Translations under genes and position numbers: made by a program
Source of the DNA: Takakia lepidozioides
Taxonomy: Eukaryota; Plantae; Bryophyta
Direction of reading: 5' to 3'
DNA: 64,000 bases
Assembly: GCA_030704615.1 (NCBI GenBank)
Contig: CM060731.1
Coordinates: forward strand, 2,914,001-2,978,000
The notes under the pieces: model-generated
Databases searched by the model: none
Seen by the model: the letters and a program-made list of their open reading frames with translations, nothing else
Told to the model about the DNA's origin: nothing
In this document: positions 28,541-40,068 of the stretch, in pieces
How positions within the stretch are numbered: the first letter of the stretch is position 1
Layout of the letters: each line of letters begins with the position of its first letter

Positions 28541-31500
28541 CACTAGAAGCATTCGTGTCATTTACCACTTGGGTAACGACTCATTTTGAGTCGTGAAAGT
28601 CAAAAAACTGGGATGACTGGAAGTTACAACAGACTAGTTACAACAGACGTGGTAGTTGGGTTGGGACCTCCATGATTGGAATGTAAAGGACGCAGATGTG
28701 CGAACAACTGCTCAGCGATTAATGCGATTAATGCTGAAGAACCACGTGGCGTAACCAGGCGGCCGCCGTGTGTCTGACCTTTTGGGCTGACTTTGACTTT
28801 TCCCTCCGGTTGAGTGGACCACTAACTGAAGCGCGTGACACATGACGCGGACGTGGACGACGATGTGGATGCCGACGTGGCGGCGCCACGACGAGCACCA
28901 CTGCTGCCACACGTGGCCACGGGCCGCGGGCGCCACGTGGTATAGACCACATAACTTGCGTGCTACATGCCTAGTGGCACTTGCGACTGCGGAAGTTGCG
29001 CAACCACTGCTTTAACTACTTTACATGAGTGCTCAAAGTACTTGAACAATCATTCATAGTGATTCATGCTTTGGAGTTTTGGTGTTTGTAGTGAGTCGCT
29101 AGTAATGCCATACCGAGAACTAATCATGCATTAGAAAGCACAAACGATGAAAGACATGCCATGAACAAAATGAAATGAAAATGAATGAAATGAAACAAAA
29201 TGGTACTTTATTACATCTGCGGAAAGCTCAAAGAGCTTATGGACAAAATGAAAACACAAAGTAACAAAAGCAGCCCAAAAGCTACTGCTGCTCTGGGGTT
29301 GGCCTAAGGGTCAGGCCTCGTGCAATTCAAGCAGTTCTAATCCTCATAATGCAAGACTTCAGTGAGTTCCACGGAGTCTTCGTTTGAAGTGCATGGATGC
29401 CTCGGCGTGAGCCTGTTCACGTGAGCGCGTGAGCGCGTGAGCGCGACTGCGCTCACGCCACGTCACTTGCGCAAATGCCACGTCACGGGTCCTCAGTCAC
29501 GTCATCACACTTGGAGGCCGAGTCACACGCACCCAGAAAGAAAGGAGTGTATTCCCGCGGATTGGCACCCTTTATCCCCGCGGAAACAAGCTGGACGACA
29601 TAATAAAAGGCATGAATAAATAAAACAATGATGATGATGTACAGTTGGATGATAAACAGATGGATGAGTTGAAAAATCTATGTAGATGGATGAATGACGG
29701 ATGGATAAGAGTAAAATGGATGAATGTATAATGGATGTTGAGCAATGACAAAAATTCATGACAGGAAGATGCATGACCAAATCTTTTGACGAATGCACAA
29801 AGTATATGAAATGAGTGTGGAAGGTTTTGTGGGTGGATTAAAGAGTACAGAGGATGAATGTACAATGGATGTTGTACAAAGGAAGCTTTCATGAATGGAG
29901 CACGCATAATACAGTGTAGATGAATGCACAATGGATATGAGAAGAGTCAGGAAGGTTTGTGAGATGGATTCATACATATAGCAATTTAAACGAAAGTTGA
30001 TTCTGTGATTATTATTTGTTCTAAAGGAACAACTACGGTAGAGTAAGGGGATTCAACGTTTCCAGATAATATGAAAATGAATATTAAAAGAATACAGTTC
30101 AGTCTGACTCAGAGTCAGTACAATGTATCCCCTCTTCCTCTGCATCTAAGTCTAAGTATTTTAGAACACCGGATCCACGCGGAATACACCTACGGCTGGC
30201 CACTAAAAGTCAGGGGATAGGGACTCGGACCGCGTGAAGTGCCATTGCTTCGCATAAACAGGGAGAGAAAATTGGAAAGGGGCTGTCGAAAACAGACTCG
30301 CCAGAAATGACTGTATCTCCTGAAATCCACCGCTGGCTTTCCTGAAAAGACAGCCTGAAAAAGTTATTACTGTAACTTTGATGTTATCGAGAAATTGAGT
30401 ATGACTCCCAAAGAGGGTTTAGCACTTACTCACATAAAAGTCGTTGTCGACCTGCTTATCTTCGGGATCGTCATCATTTCGAATATGAATCCGATCAGTC
30501 TGTTGTGCCTGAAGTGGAGCCAGACAAAAGGGGGAGGAGCACTGTGTTGTAGAGGTCAGAATCACCCTCCATACCAAAAAGGCTTCTTCCGCCTGCCTTG
30601 CATGCGTGGTAAGTTGCTCCTGCACCAGACAAGAGAACATAAACAGTTTTGGAGGAGGGGATTTAAGCAGATGAAACTGTTGAAAGGAACCATTCGGAAG
30701 GGAGAAAACGAACCTGTGGACACAGAAAGATCGACAACCCGTGCAGAGCGGTGGGCTGCATGACTCCAGCAGTATTTGCATGAATGCTGGTGACTTTTCC
30801 TTTGCACCTCTCCAGGGAGTGCCATCTGGTCCTCTCAGAGTCTGACTGGACTGCATGAAGTTGTACAAAATGTCATCGACATGGGGCTCATAGGGGGGTT
30901 CACGAAACAACCCTGGTCAAAATCTCAAAGCTGCGGATGGAGGATGGTGTCTTTGATGGCGAATCCTCCAGGCAGATCGCCTCGAACATCCTCGTCTGCC
31001 AAAGATAGCAGGTTAGTGTGGTAAACACAATCTAAAGTGGAAGTGTGTACATCGGCTATTCAGAACTCTGACACCAAAAAACCATGAATCATTGATGATC
31101 GGTGTCGATCATAAAACATTCTACTAGAGTGGAGCTGCAGAGAAAATTGAAACTCATGATCAAAGCATAAGCAGAAGGCAGACGGCATACCAGCTGACCA
31201 GGGAACCGCCTTCACAAGGTAGAGGCTGTTTCACACAATTCCATGTGCGCAAAACTTCAAACCCTGAAGACTTGAGGTATGATGCCAATGCCCGACGACT
31301 ATCATTGTCACATGACTGAAAAAGCAGAAGTGTCCCTGCATCAGAGAGGAAATTGTTACAGACCCGAATACCCAAACTCCAGTAGTTGTCCTCGAATTTG
31401 TTCCACCCTGCGTCTTGCCCTTTGGAAGAACTTCTGGCACAGCTGGCCACCGGGATGTCGAGAATGACAATGTCGGCCGCATAAGTTTTCTGCACACCGC

Positions 31501-32421
31501 ACACGAAGGTGGGACCTGTGCTCACCTGCAACACATGTTTTTTATAAGAACGATGGCAAATGTTTTCAAAGAACGAGACTGAAATACTGCCAACGAAACA
31601 TTTCAGAGAAAAAAGAAAGAAATGGAATTCTCACCAGATTGAGGAATGAGATTATATTGTCCCAGGTAGGGATGGCACCCCAGTGTATCCTCTCTTTCGA
31701 CTCTGCATCATCGAAAGCCAACCCTCATTAACAATTTTCATCTCTCCTGCTGAATCAGAACGGGAAGGTGTGGTTTGGCATCGAACACGCCTGAAAAGTG
31801 CGGGTATATCTTCCAGCAGTAAAGTCCTGCCCACTCTCCATCTCCTTTTCATTCTCCTTCCCCTTGTCCTTTTCCTTCTCTTTGGACTTGTCTTTGTCCT
31901 TGGCTTTGCTGGTGAGATGGCTATGACATCAACAGCCTTGTCTTTTGGTTTGCGGCCCGCCTTCTTTCCCTCTGCGGCGTTCCCTGAGCATCAGGCTCCT
32001 TGGCAGCCAAGGTTGCTATGTTTCGTTGATACTCTTCGTCAGTCAAAGGCGCCAGCATCTCAGCGTTATTGTTCAAGTATTTCATATGCTGTTCTTGAAA
32101 GGTCGTGTGCTCAGGTGGGCAGTCAAGGTACCACCCACAGTCTCTGAAGTGAGAAGGACTCCAGTCCTTCAATATCCTGCAGTATACATGGTTGGATCGT
32201 TTGCAGGGTCCGACCACATGTCAAGATAGTCGGGAATTCCGCTCAGGTGATTTCCTTCCATAAGCACATATTTCGTGTACCTGAAAAAAGGAGATGAATC
32301 CCAACCCACAAAGCGCTCAGTGAGTAAGATGCAAGTAGAACAGAAAGAAATAAAACATGGATTGAAATGGCTCTGACAACTGCTCCAAGGACCTTTCAGG
32401 ACCACACTACTGCTCCAGATA

Positions 32422-33137
32422 TGAATGTCGTCAACGCCATTCAGAACATTCCATTCCATGACACTGTAAATACATCCTAATCCAGGTGAATGCAAATAAG
32501 CGATTAGAAATGACACAGACATAGAAGTGAATGTCGTCAACGACATTCAAGAATGAGCCAAATTATTACTGAAATGAAGCAAAATCACAGGATGGAAATA
32601 AAAAAATTGAGTAAGGAACCATCCAGGAAAACTCAATGCACATTCATAACGAACCTATCACTGAGGACCTCACAACATCACTGTATGTGAATGGCGTCAA
32701 CGCCATTCACAAAAATACAAAAAAGAAACCAATTACTTAGCTCCCCAATCCATGAATATGAATTTGTCGTTTTTTATAATACAGACACAGCTGTGAATGC
32801 GTTAACGACATTCACTTTGGATTTCTTAAAACAGAGCTTATGAAGCCTCCATATTCATCGCAAGAGGAAAAACAATGCAGAACAACTGAATGTCTGCATT
32901 GACATTCAGCAAAATGAAGTGATCAACCCTCATTGTATCCCTATGGACATTACAAAAATTTAAATAACTGAGGACCGCACAAACAACTCCGTATGTGAAT
33001 GTCGTCAACGCCATTCAAGGACATTATCAATTCTAATCAGGGACAATATAATTGCACCCTTAGATCCAACCAGGTGAATTCATATACTCGCTTAAGAATG
33101 ACTCAGACAAAGAAGTGAATGTCGTCAACGACATTCA
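32422..33137. repeat. Seven copies of the 22-bp palindrome TGAATGTCGT-CA-ACGACATTCA in an intron
   Basis: Copies start at 32422, 32528, 32688, 32794 (21 nt), 32887, 32996 and 33116. Those at 32528 and 33116 have perfect 10-bp arms. Confidence 0.93.
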
Positions 33138-35008
33138 ATCTGGATCTAAGATTGCAATCCATATGAAGCCACAATTTTTCCCAAAAAAACAGTAGAGTTT
33201 CAAGTATGACATTTCACCTGTACACAACTCGCATCATGCCCACTCTCCTCCAACCTGACTGTCAAAGTCGTTGGACCGTAAAATGTTACCATCTTTGGAG
33301 AACTCCCGGAAAAAACAGTATCTCCAGGTGAGACCTCTCCACTTCCTTATGTATGCCCTCCAATGACATTTGGGGAGGGGAAACAATCGCAATGTTCAGG
33401 TCCTTCAAAGTCTGATCCAGCACAATGACGGCGCGCTTTTCGAGCTGCAAATAGAATATTTTTCAGAATTGCAAAAAAAAACACATCACATACTTGAAGA
33501 TAAGAAACAGCATGTTCGAATACACACCTGACTCCAAAATGTAGCCTTGTGGAGCCAGTTATCAAACACCAAATCACTGATTCCTTCCACCTTTGTGCCA
33601 GGCTGTATGGTGCTCTTTGGGAACTGATTCAAGTCCTTTACTGTTTGATCTGAGTTCCATATCTCCAGCCACCTTATTTTTGTTTGTGGGTCGACCATCG
33701 ATATGGCCAGCCGGTGCAATTTCTCCTGCTGCATCTCCGGATGCACATGCTTGTCATAGTGTGTTTTGATCTGCTGAAGGAACTCAGGACCAAGTCCAGG
33801 ATCTACTATTCTAAGCTGCTTTCCGAAGGCTGACATCAATTTGGTTCTTCGCATCTCAAACTCCTTCTTTATTGCAGCTTCCACACCCTTTGATGTCCTT
33901 AGTTCCTCTGGTGTAGTGCGGTAATATTCGGATTTTCCCTTCTCAGCTGCCTCTGCCAGTTCTTGCTGCATTCATTCAAGTAGTGATTAGCTCCGAAGGG
34001 ACTCTAAACATGTATTCGAAAAGTAAACAGATTACAGACTCGGGCTTACCGCATACATGTACTCCAGAAACGCCTCTCGTGTCAAAGAATACCAAGTGCC
34101 TGCAGCTCTTCCTGTTTCGCACTTCTTGATGATATTGGGTGGTAGTACTGTCCGAAAATCATCCAGCTTCATCAGACCAATCCTCTGAATTCGGAATAGT
34201 GTGTGAACCAAGCTTGTTGTCACATGCGATTTCTCTGTCGATCTGCAAAAACATTGAAAACATTGCATTCCTTAACACTGTTTTTTGAGGATCAACAAGA
34301 CACTACACAGGGAATCAAATCTCCTGGATGACTTACTTGTTCACGTCGTGCATAGCTGTAAGAAGCCTAGCGATGTCGTTTCCTGGATCCAAAACCATTG
34401 CCTCCACAGCAACATGCTTGTCTTTGTCTTTCGAATGGTGTTTCTGAATGTATCCCATCCATGCCAGCAATCGGTGGTTGCCGTCCCAGACGTAGAACAT
34501 GTGGTTGCAAAATTGCTGGGTGTTCTTTCCCATCATGAGGCCCAGCTCGAACTCCTCATTGGCATCTTTCCAGCACTCATCCCAGTTATCACTGATCTCT
34601 GGAGAAACTAATGTGCTTTTCCCATTTATATCCGTCAGGGACACATAAAAAACTTGTGCACCAAGTCTATATCCATGCACAAAATCACTCTCCAATTTTG
34701 TTATGTCATGGGAAAGAGGTGGACGCACAACAGGCATTGATATCATCCGGCACAGAGGTATGTCCAGACGCCCTCCAGATACGAGCATGTCCCTTATAAC
34801 CTCCTGAGAGTTTACCTTCTGGAATGACATGAGTTCTTTCACCTTGTCAAGGTAGTGCACTTCGGATTCATCTGCTTCATCTGTATTCTCTGAGCTTTTT
34901 GCGGACTCGTCCCCATCTCCAGATCCTTTCCCCTCTGATCCTGTAGGCTTCGACCTCACAGTTTTCTGCACGATGCCATTCAGTTCTGACTAAGTCATTT
35001 GCAAATAG

Positions 35009-35327
35009 TGAATGGCGGTAACGACAATCACTCTGTATCAAGGAAACTCACCATGAATGGTGTGAAAGAATTCAGCACAATCTACACATGCAAAGCCGAG
35101 ACTGCCGTATTCAAAACAAAAGTGAGAGCGATAGCGAACGGCGTTAACGACAATCACAAAAGATAACAACCTGCCGGATCGGTGTTGTGAAATGACATAT
35201 ATGTGCAACTGATTGGCGGCAACGACATTCAGTATAGTTTAGGGAGAATAGTAAGTGCAGACTCTCTCTTCAAACACATAGGTACATAAATCTCATGAGC
35301 AGAATCGAATGGCGTTAACGACGCTCG
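35009..35327. repeat. Four more degenerate copies of the same palindrome in the first intron
   Basis: TGAATGGCGGTAACGACAATCA (35009), CGAACGGCGTTAACGACAATCA (35135), TGATTGGCGGCAACGACATTCA (35210), CGAATGGCGTTAACGACGCTCG (35306). Confidence 0.85.
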
Positions 35328-36560
35328 CGATTCAGTAGTTCCTGCTAAAGAATGGAAGAGGAAGGACTCCTTGAAAGGCAATCACATAGACTATATGATA
35401 AAACTTACTGGCACCTTCTTAGGTTTTGAACTTTGATCCCCTTCTGCAGCTTTCCTCTTCCCTCTCACATCTGCTGGAGTTTCTGTCTGCGCAAGGGTTT
35501 CTTGACCTTCTTCAGGTTCGGCGTTCCGCGTGCTTCCACCTTCTTCAGTGTCCCTGCGATTCATCTCTGCCTCCACAGGCTGGCGCACTCTTATCGCCGA
35601 CTGTGTCGCAGCCGCTGCCTCAGTCTCCGTCTGCTCTTGTGAATCAGTCTCCGCGTTCACCTGCTGCCTTGGCCCTGTGTTCTCCAACAAACGACGCCTC
35701 GTCATTTTCTCTCTTGCTCTGCGTCTCTCTCTAAGGGAAGTAAAATAAAGAGACTTTCTTCTCTTTCGTATTCTAGAAGGAACCCTCTCCAGCTTGACTA
35801 CCACTCTCCCTCTAAGCGCGAAAAGTAGAAAAACGCAGTGACTCCCGATTTCTTGCGGGATAACCTGTGTTCTTGCGTGTCTCTAGAAGCATCGGATTCC
35901 CTCCCGCGTGACCGTTACACATAGTCGTTTCGATATTAGTGCACATGCCAGCAATTGGTGTACAGCTGTTCGTATTCAGTTATGGATGTCTGACGTGTGC
36001 CGCCCAAAACAAAACGGCGTGTTCTAAATTATAACTGGTTCAATATTTAAAAAGAACAGCGAATCCCAGAAATTGATGCGCAGTCTTAAACAAATAAATA
36101 TAAATGAACGAGAGTTTGATGACAAATTTTGGAATATCATACACGGTCATCCTTGTTATCCAAACCCCACATTCGTTGCACATTTGGAACTTTCCAGGTG
36201 CGCATGATCATTGGTAGTAGTATATAGATACATTTACTTAATCTGCAATCCCATTCTCGGATCCTGTGGCATGCTTCCAGGAAGTCGGCTTTGTTATTGG
36301 GTTTATTGATGAGGTTCTGATTAACGGTTTAACAGTTGCCGACACTGCCCCTATGGATTCTCTGACCACTGGGCCCACAAGAAAAGTAATTAAAATGGAC
36401 GGCTGCATATCTGGAATGAATAACAGAATATGCACAGTCGTTATCTGAGCTTCCTCCGCCATATGCTCTGCTCATTCTTCAACTGTGTTCTGGAGACAGC
36501 AGTAAACCGATTTACACTAGATCTGCGATAGCAAGGTACAAACATACTCGAGGAAGGAAG

Positions 36561-39500
36561 ATGGCTTCCTCTGAAGCGGAGTTCTTCTCAGACGACAAAC
36601 CAGTGCCGTTCTCCCAGGAAGTCCTTGACAATGGATTTGCAATTGTTCTGGAACATGTCTTGGCTACCCGTTTTCAGCTGCAGAATGGCTCCATCTTTTT
36701 GGAGAAAGAGGTTTACGATCTGAAAGGGAAGTTGGTGAAATATTCTTTCCAAAACCGTGATGAGACGGCTCATATCAGCCAGTGGAGAGTGCGTCCTGGT
36801 CGATACAGAGTACTTGGAGAGCCTCGGCGAAAGTCCCTTGGGTCATATGTGACGCCCGGGACTGCTGCTTCGGTCGTTGAAGACAAGAGGGAGGTGGTGG
36901 TGAAAAAAGAACAGACTCCTCCACTCCAATCGTTGAGCTTTCGGATTCTTCCGATGATGACATAAGTGAAATTCCAAATCCAGTCCTTCCTACTGTGGTT
37001 GCAGAAGCTGATGAAGAAGAGATTTGTAGTGTCATTCCAAAATTGCGGGCGATGGGAGGAATGGCTGGATTCAAAAGCGAGTTGCGGGGAATTGATTGGG
37101 AATCTTTGAAGCAGGTGCCTGTGAAGTTCTTGCGGAGACTTTTGATGGCGATATCCTATTCGAGCTGCCTCCTCCTCCGCGAGTTGGAGGTGTAACAATC
37201 ATGATGCATGGAATGGACAAGAAACACGACGGGCACCCGTGGTGCAGAACAAAAACATCCAATATTCAGAATGATGACAAGCTTGTTTTCAGGAGGACAG
37301 TTTGCAATGGACACCTTAGGTGTGATAATTTGAATTGCAGACACTTTCTTCAGTCTGGAGTTCATAATCAAAGCGAATGGGAGGGTCTGGCGGAGAATCC
37401 ATTTCAGCCTGGGACTGCCCCTCCACCGGCAAACACTTTCGTCTGCAAATTCTGCAAACTTGTGCCATCCTGCTTGGCGCTCTGCGGAGCAAGAATGTAC
37501 TATGTTGTCCACCGTTTGAATACAATGACGAGAGCTTGTGTGCATTTTGGATTCCATAACCATCCTGTCTCGAAGGGGGATTACAGGGAGAGTGTTGAGA
37601 CAGTATCGAGGTTGATCAAACAGGAGTTCGGGAGAAACCCATCCGCAACAACATCTGCAATTGCTCTTGGCGCAAGCAAGTCCTTCTTGGAAAGCCATAT
37701 TTTGAGTGAAGGAGATTCTGTGGGGACTAAACTTGACGGTGCAGCATTGGACCTGGTCATGGATCATTTCTCCACTTTAAGTTCACCTAACATTCGGCAT
37801 CAGATCAATGCATTGAGAATGGGCTCTGGGATCAGAGGCTACATAGACAATATTTTGGAATTGAAACGACTGAGCAAGTACGATTACATCCAGGACAATG
37901 TATTCCCAGGTCAAGGTGCCATCAAAGTTTTTCTTTTCAAAATGTCGACTGTTGGGGAGGGCAGTGGGGTTAGCCTCGTGAAGCGGATGCAGAAGACTGG
38001 GGACTTGCAGAACTGTTTTCTTATGTTTGATCATGTGAAACGAGTGAAGGATTGGACGACAATGGCTTGTCATGTCTACGATCCAGTGTACCAACGAGTT
38101 ATGACAATTGCAGTTTGTGACATGCAATCCGAGGATACGGAATCCCAGAAGCTCATGTGGAATTCCCTGATACGTGTCATGGGCTGCCATGGGCTGCCAT
38201 CTCCAAATTTCGCAGGTTTCATGGCGGATAGTGCTCAAGCAAATTTCAATGCTATTCGTATTGTCTTCGGATCGGGCGACCCAAAAGTGCCTATGCCAGG
38301 AAGAGAGCGTACATGTCTATTCCATTGGACACAATCTCTGGAAAAACATACAAAGTCGGACATCAAACCAGAGATGCAGACTCAGCACCGTAAATTGTGC
38401 AAAGAGTACAAAGATGCTAGAACAATGAAGGAGGCGGACACTTTGTTCCAGACAATTCGTGCCTGGTGGTTCTCTTCTGGAGCTGCATCACTTGAGAGTA
38501 TGAGAGCATTGGAAGATTGGCTGGCGTTTTGGCACTTCCGGTATAGACAGTGGGGAGCAGCCATGACAATGGTACGAGGCTTCTATTTCATGCTTTATTC
38601 ATACATTTGCTTTCCATATTTTTGTTGCTTTCTTTATGTTGTTTCCTGTGCACTATTCTGAAGTGTGGTTATCCTCTTTGCAGAACATGTCCATTGAGGA
38701 AATGGCAGACATGCCATCTTGCAATTTGGCAGAAACTGTGCACAATGCATGGTTGCAGCAGTCTGGGAAAAGAGGTCGGGATTTGTATGTGGCAACAACA
38801 GATGATTTGATACGTGCCTTGCAACAACAAACCCGATACCGTGATTTCTTACGAGGTGGGGTTGGTGGCAAGGGTCCGGACAAATCGGAGTTGATGTTGC
38901 GTGCTGCAAACAGATCTGGGGATCCAATCAAGATAGCACGGGCGGTGAGCATGTATGCCCAGGGAACGCCACTTGTTTCTAGAGTTCCACATCTTGAAGG
39001 GGAGGAGAGATTCGGCTCCTGTAAGAGGAAATTGAACACTCCACCTGGTTCGGATTCAGATTCCCACAGGGCAGACCGTGATAACTTCTCGAAGCCTCGT
39101 GTTCCCCTGCATGACAGCTCCGTGTCCGGAACCTCCATTGTGGAGGAACCTCCAACACGACGGCAAGCTCCAGCATCAAACCGTGCCACTGAAATGGTGC
39201 AGGAGAGAAACAACCCCCTTGATGTGCTTGAGTCCGCATGCCCCGACCACGTTTGGCACATAGAACGCACAAGTGTCGGGTCTCGTGTGAAATGTACAGC
39301 GATCAGGGCAACTAATTTCGAGAAGTGCACTTCATCTATATCCAGAGGTGGTGCCCGAACTCCTGCTCCGACTTTCACGGGCTTGATGCGTCCATACGGT
39401 CAACCAGAAGCCAAGAACCACAAGTTCTGGTTCTGCGCAGATGATTGTGCCAGATGTGTGCATGGAACTGTGCGTCCTTCCGTAGTGATGAAGCCATCTC

Positions 39501-40068
39501 CTCCAACCGTTTGGCCCGTGAAGGTGGGAACACATCTCAGCTTTCAGGAGATTGAAATGCTGGAGGAGGCAGGTTTTTCCCTTGCGAGACAACCCCAACT
39601 CCATGCATGTGCTACTACTCCTGCGTCCTCCCGGGTCCCCCCGGCAAATCCTGACTTGTGGCCAACCAAACGAGATGGAAAGCTCGTTCGGCGTTTCCTC
39701 CAACCGCTGAACACTTTGGCAAAGTGGAGTCCGCAAGAATGCTCCAAGCTCGTGTTGGAAGCACCACGGAAGTACCCGATCCAGGATATGGTCGGGTATT
39801 CACAATCATCACTTCCACATCTGCTGTTCATGACAGGACCTACGACATCACGGTTTCCAATTTCCCCAATTGCACATGTCCTGATTTTGTGAATATGCTA
39901 TCAACCAGTTTGGGCAAGAGAGGTAAATTCATACCCTGCAAACATTTGTATTTCATATTTTTGAGGAGGATGGTTTGCGATCCCAAACGTGACAACTTCA
40001 TTCACCAGGCCACTATGAGTTTCAACGAGGTCGATACTCTTTTGCAGCGGGATACAACACATGGGTAG
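36561..40068 (+). pseudogene. Mutator-family DDE transposase with an N-terminal GCM-like zinc finger and a C-terminal SWIM finger; three frameshifts and one intron
   Basis: GCM-like region HPWCRTKTSN...TVCNGHLRCDNLNC...CKFC...CGAR...HFGFHNHP. Catalytic-like LMFDHVKR, GFMADSAQANFNAI, the MULE CxxH motif CLFHW, and SCNLAETVHNAW. SWIM region YDITVSNFPNCTCPDF...PCKHLYFI. GT-AG intron at about 38572-38683; frameshifts near 36925, 37130 and 39697. Confidence 0.85.

Larger units (their letters stand above)
30495..35705 (-). pseudogene. Multi-exon gene for a ParB/Srx-like domain fused to a beta-class N4-C/N6-A DNA-methyltransferase-like domain (frameshifted copy)
   Basis: Exon ~34965-34337 has LDIPLCRM..VRPPLSHDITKLESDFVHGY...FYVWDGNHRLLAW (ParB/Srx GxxR-like motif at 34485-34471). 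Downstream exons give ADIVILDIP (motif IV position, 31474-31451), CNNFLSDAGTLLLF, TRMFEAICL, AKEKSPAFMQILLESCSP and ARVVDLSVSTG|ATYHACKAGGRSLFGMEGDSDLYNTVL across the GT-AG intron 30713-30620. This order parallels the N6_N4_Mtase family. Confidence 0.72.

Noticed and set aside
28541-28560. Confident CACTA or Helitron terminus at CACTAG
   Set aside because: No matching opposite TIR or TSD and no clear subterminal hairpin were found, so it is kept only as an unclassified boundary.
29620-29980. His/Ser-rich minus-strand ORFs near the MULE left end
   Set aside because: Produced by low-complexity GGATG(A) repeats.
32422-33137. CRISPR array interpretation of the spaced palindromes
   Set aside because: Spacers are long and irregular (about 70-140 bp) and partly duplicated, the repeats are degenerate, there are no cas genes, and the context is a spliceosomal intron.
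30495-35705. Bacterial or phage contamination as the source of the ParB-MTase gene
   Set aside because: The gene has multiple GT-AG introns and lies inside a TSD-flanked eukaryotic transposon.
38653-39378. 241-aa minus-strand ORF
   Set aside because: Antisense shadow of the transposase coding region.
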